A stretch of 64,000 bases of DNA from Segatella copri (lineage in GTDB: Bacteria > Bacteroidota > Bacteroidia > Bacteroidales > Bacteroidaceae), in NCBI GenBank assembly GCA_021635485.1, contig JAJWOH010000002.1, positions 5,523 through 69,522 on the forward strand. The letters run 5' to 3'. The notes beneath the pieces were generated by a model. It was given only the letters and a program-made list of their open reading frames with translations. It had not been told where the DNA came from and did no database searches. The position numbers and the translations under genes were made by a program. Shown here in pieces: positions 61,737-64,000 of the stretch. Numbering within the stretch: the stretch's first letter is position 1; each line of letters begins with the position of its first letter.

Positions 61737-62336
61737 ATGAAAAAGATTTTAGCATTGGCTTTCGTTGCAATGATGAGCATCGGAGCCATGGCGCAGACTG
61801 CGCAACAGGTACTTGATAAGACCGCTGCCGTTATTGGCAACAAAGGTGGAGCTAGCGCCAACTTCAAGATGAGCAGTTCTAAGTATGGATCAGCAAGCGG
61901 CAGTATTGCCATCAAAGGCAACAAGTTTAACGCCCGTACCCCGCAAGCCATCGTCTGGTTCAACGGCAAGACCCAGTGGACTTATCTAAAGAAAACCAAC
62001 GAGGTGAATGTCAGCAACCCTACACAGGCTCAGCAGATGTCCATGAACCCTTATACCTTTATTAATATATATAAGACTGGTTATAAGTCAACGCTCAAGA
62101 CAGCAGGCAGTAACTATGTAGTACATCTCGTTGCCAATAACCAGAAACGTTCGGTAGCCGAAATGTATATCACCATCAACAAAAAGACACATATTCCATC
62201 AGTTGTCAAGATGCGACAGGGCAATACCTGGAGTACCATCACGGTAAGTAACTTCAGAGCCAAGAGCGTTTCTAACAGCACATTCAATTTCAACAGCAAG
62301 GAATGTCCAGGAGCAGAAGTCATCGACCTGAGATAA
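61737..62336 (+). CDS. LolA-like outer-membrane lipoprotein carrier
   Basis: Signal peptide; WFNGKTQWTY, NEVNV, C-terminal EVIDLR; directly after ftsK. Confidence 0.82.
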   Translation: MKKILALAFVAMMSIGAMAQTAQQVLDKTAAVIGNKGGASANFKMSSSKYGSASGSIAIKGNKFNARTPQAIVWFNGKTQWTYLKKTNEVNVSNPTQAQQMSMNPYTFINIYKTGYKSTLKTAGSNYVVHLVANNQKRSVAEMYITINKKTHIPSVVKMRQGNTWSTITVSNFRAKSVSNSTFNFNSKECPGAEVIDLR

Positions 62337-62374
62337 TCGCCTGAAATATCGTATAAAGTTTATTTTCAAATAAG

Positions 62375-62420
62375 ATTCCCCGCCACAACACTCCGGTAGC
62401 GTGACGGGGAATTACTTTTT
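62375..62420 (+). terminator. Terminator after the lolA-like gene
   Basis: ATTCCCCG...CGGGGAAT then TACTTTTT. Confidence 0.65.
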
Positions 62421-62548
62421 CCAAAAGGGTTTTAGTATCAATAATTTCCAAAAGCGAATCATAGACTCTCTCTTTTTGCACAACAAATCTTAAAACAACT
62501 ATGCAATTGTAAAATATTCAAAAATACTTTGGAATATTTGCAAAAATA

Positions 62549-62580
62549 TTTGGCAGATACAAAAGAATTGCTTATCTTTG
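62549..62580 (+). promoter_or_regulatory. Sigma-A promoter of the fur/perR-rubrerythrin operon
   Basis: TTTG (62549-62552), 20-nt spacer, TATCTTTG (62573-62580). Confidence 0.7.
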
Positions 62581-62608
62581 CATCAACAAATTATAAAAAC
62601 AAGTAATT

Positions 62609-63058
62609 ATGAAGCAGACAGAAGCCTATCAAAGACTCGTGGAGAAAGGTATCCGACCATCACTCCAGCGTATTGCCATTATGGATTGGCTCATCAAGCA
62701 TCCTACTCATCCAACTATCGAGGATGTGTACAAAGGATTAGCCGAGAGTATCCCAACATTGAGCAAGACAACCGTTTACAACACACTCAGAATGTTGAGT
62801 GAGCACAATGCGGCTCAGATGATAACAATCGATGAACATCGCGTATGTTATGATGGAAATATTAAAAGCCACGTTCATTTCTATTGCAGAAATTGTGGCA
62901 AGGTAATTGACTTTTTCGGCGAACCAGCTCCAAAAGTGGAACCAGGAAAGGAAATTGAAGGAAACATCGTATTGGAAGAACAGCTCTACTACAGAGGAAT
63001 CTGTGCAGAATGCGCTAAAAAAGGCGTAAAGTCACCTCTCACAGAGACTGTTCAATAA
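62609..63058 (+). CDS. Fur-family regulator, PerR-like
   Basis: QRIAI, HPT, SKTTVYNTL, HVHFYCRNCG, GICAEC; adjacent to rubrerythrin. Confidence 0.88.
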   Translation: MKQTEAYQRLVEKGIRPSLQRIAIMDWLIKHPTHPTIEDVYKGLAESIPTLSKTTVYNTLRMLSEHNAAQMITIDEHRVCYDGNIKSHVHFYCRNCGKVIDFFGEPAPKVEPGKEIEGNIVLEEQLYYRGICAECAKKGVKSPLTETVQ

Positions 63059-63103
63059 TTCAAAAAACAATAATTATACAACAACATTTAAAACAAAAAC
63101 ATT

Positions 63104-63664
63104 ATGAAGAAAAAGTTTATTTGCACCGTTTGCGGTTACATTTACGAAGGTACAGAAGCACCAGAGAAGTGCCCTATCTGCAAGGCTCCAGCCAGCAAGT
63201 TCAAAGAGATGGAAGATGCAGTAGATGACGATATGACATTTGCTACCGTTCACGTTCTCGGTCAGGCATATAAGGATGGCGTTAATGAAGACGTTATCAA
63301 GGGTTTGAAGGACCATTTCAATGGTGAGTGTGGCGAGGTAGGTATGTATCTTGCTATGGCACGCCAGGCAGATCGTGAAGGCTATCCTGAAATTGCAGAG
63401 GCTTACAAACGTTATGCCTATGAGGAGGCTGATCACGCTTCTCGTTTTGCAGAACTTCTCGGTGAGGTTTTGGGTGATACAAAGAGCAATCTCGAGGCTC
63501 GTATTGCAGCAGAGAAGGGTGCTTGTGAGGATAAGTTCCGCATTGCCAAGCTTGCTAAGGAGCAGGGTTCAGATGCTATCCACGATACCGTTCATGAGAT
63601 GGCTAAGGATGAAGCCCGCCACTGTGCAGGTTTTGCAGGTCTCTACAAGAGATACTTCAAGTAA
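63104..63664 (+). CDS. Reverse rubrerythrin (N-terminal rubredoxin plus ferritin-like domain; NADH peroxidase type)
   Basis: CTVCGY...[27 protein letters not shown]. Confidence 0.92.
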   Translation: MKKKFICTVCGYIYEGTEAPEKCPICKAPASKFKEMEDAVDDDMTFATVHVLGQAYKDGVNEDVIKGLKDHFNGECGEVGMYLAMARQADREGYPEIAEAYKRYAYEEADHASRFAELLGEVLGDTKSNLEARIAAEKGACEDKFRIAKLAKEQGSDAIHDTVHEMAKDEARHCAGFAGLYKRYFK

Positions 63665-63732
63665 TAGATTTTAAAAGACGTAACTTTAAAAATTATAATA
63701 CGGTTATTTAGTATTGTAAGTCAAGAAAACAG

Positions 63733-63774
63733 GAAAGCCGATTCTCGTATAGCGATATACTTGAATCGGCTTTC
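63733..63774. terminator. Bidirectional terminator between convergent genes
   Basis: GAAAGCCGATTC...GAATCGGCTTTC. Confidence 0.8.
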
Positions 63775-63795
63775 TTTATGTTATGATGAATATCG

Positions 63796-63999
63796 TTACT
63801 TTGTTTCTGGAACCAGGAACTTGTCTCCTGTTTGCTTAATAAGTTCCTTGGCATATTTCTCAGGATAGCCAGGACAAACTGGAGTTGCACCTAATCCATA
63901 AGGAGTCTTCTCAAAACTGCCATCTTTTTTGGTTGGCTTGATAATCATGTCATTATACTTCACTACCATAAACTGGAAGAGCTGTTGCCAACGCGCCAA
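63796..63999 (-). CDS. C-terminal end of a gene entering from beyond the window, probably a C69-family dipeptidase
   Basis: Frame open to the window edge; RWQQLFQFMVVKYND...PGYPE...QTGDKF resembles Bacteroidetes C69 C-termini (from recall, not searched). Confidence 0.55.
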   Translation of the reverse strand: MARWQQLFQFMVVKYNDMIIKPTKKDGSFEKTPYGLGATPVCPGYPEKYAKELIKQTGDKFLVPETK

Positions 64000-64000
64000 C

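Noticed and set aside
62490..62608. PerR/Fur box upstream of the regulator
   Set aside because: The region is AT-rich with partial symmetry, but I cannot pick a convincing box by eye

Overview
Core chromosomal window from a Bacteroidetes (Prevotellaceae) genome, most like Prevotella/Segatella copri. That assignment is inferred from gene content, TTTG-N20-TAnnTTTG promoters and codon style; it was not database-checked. In order, the window holds: the 3' end of folC; galactose genes (galM, MFS permease, galK); an L-arabinose cluster (lipoprotein mutarotase, Na+ symporter, NUDIX-type araR, araD, araA, FGGY kinase, GH51 arabinofuranosidase) running into tkt and rpiB; a TPR gene and gyrA; clpC; tRNA-Thr(CGT) and tRNA-Gly(CCC); and an AT-rich Wzx/Wzy polysaccharide locus. 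That locus contains an AAC(3)-like acetyltransferase, a deacetylase and a reverse-strand block (unknown lipoprotein, GT2, AAA-ATPase/PD-(D/E)XK protein). It is followed by degT, a phosphoesterase/outer-membrane protein pair, the leuA-leuC-leuD-cimA-leuB operon, the rlmI-SBP-TPR-dnaB cluster, ftsK, a lolA-like gene, fur/perR with rubrerythrin, and the end of a peptidase gene. No CRISPR array, integrase or transposase was seen. The most interesting signals are non-coding: an Ile/Leu-rich leader-peptide attenuator on the leu/citramalate operon, a promoter-to-terminator sRNA candidate after the polysaccharide locus, a 22-bp-periodic palindromic array, heptamer-armed intercistronic hairpins, and a sigma54-like site at clpC. 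I cannot establish a wholly new system from sequence alone. The best protein-level candidates lie in the polysaccharide locus.
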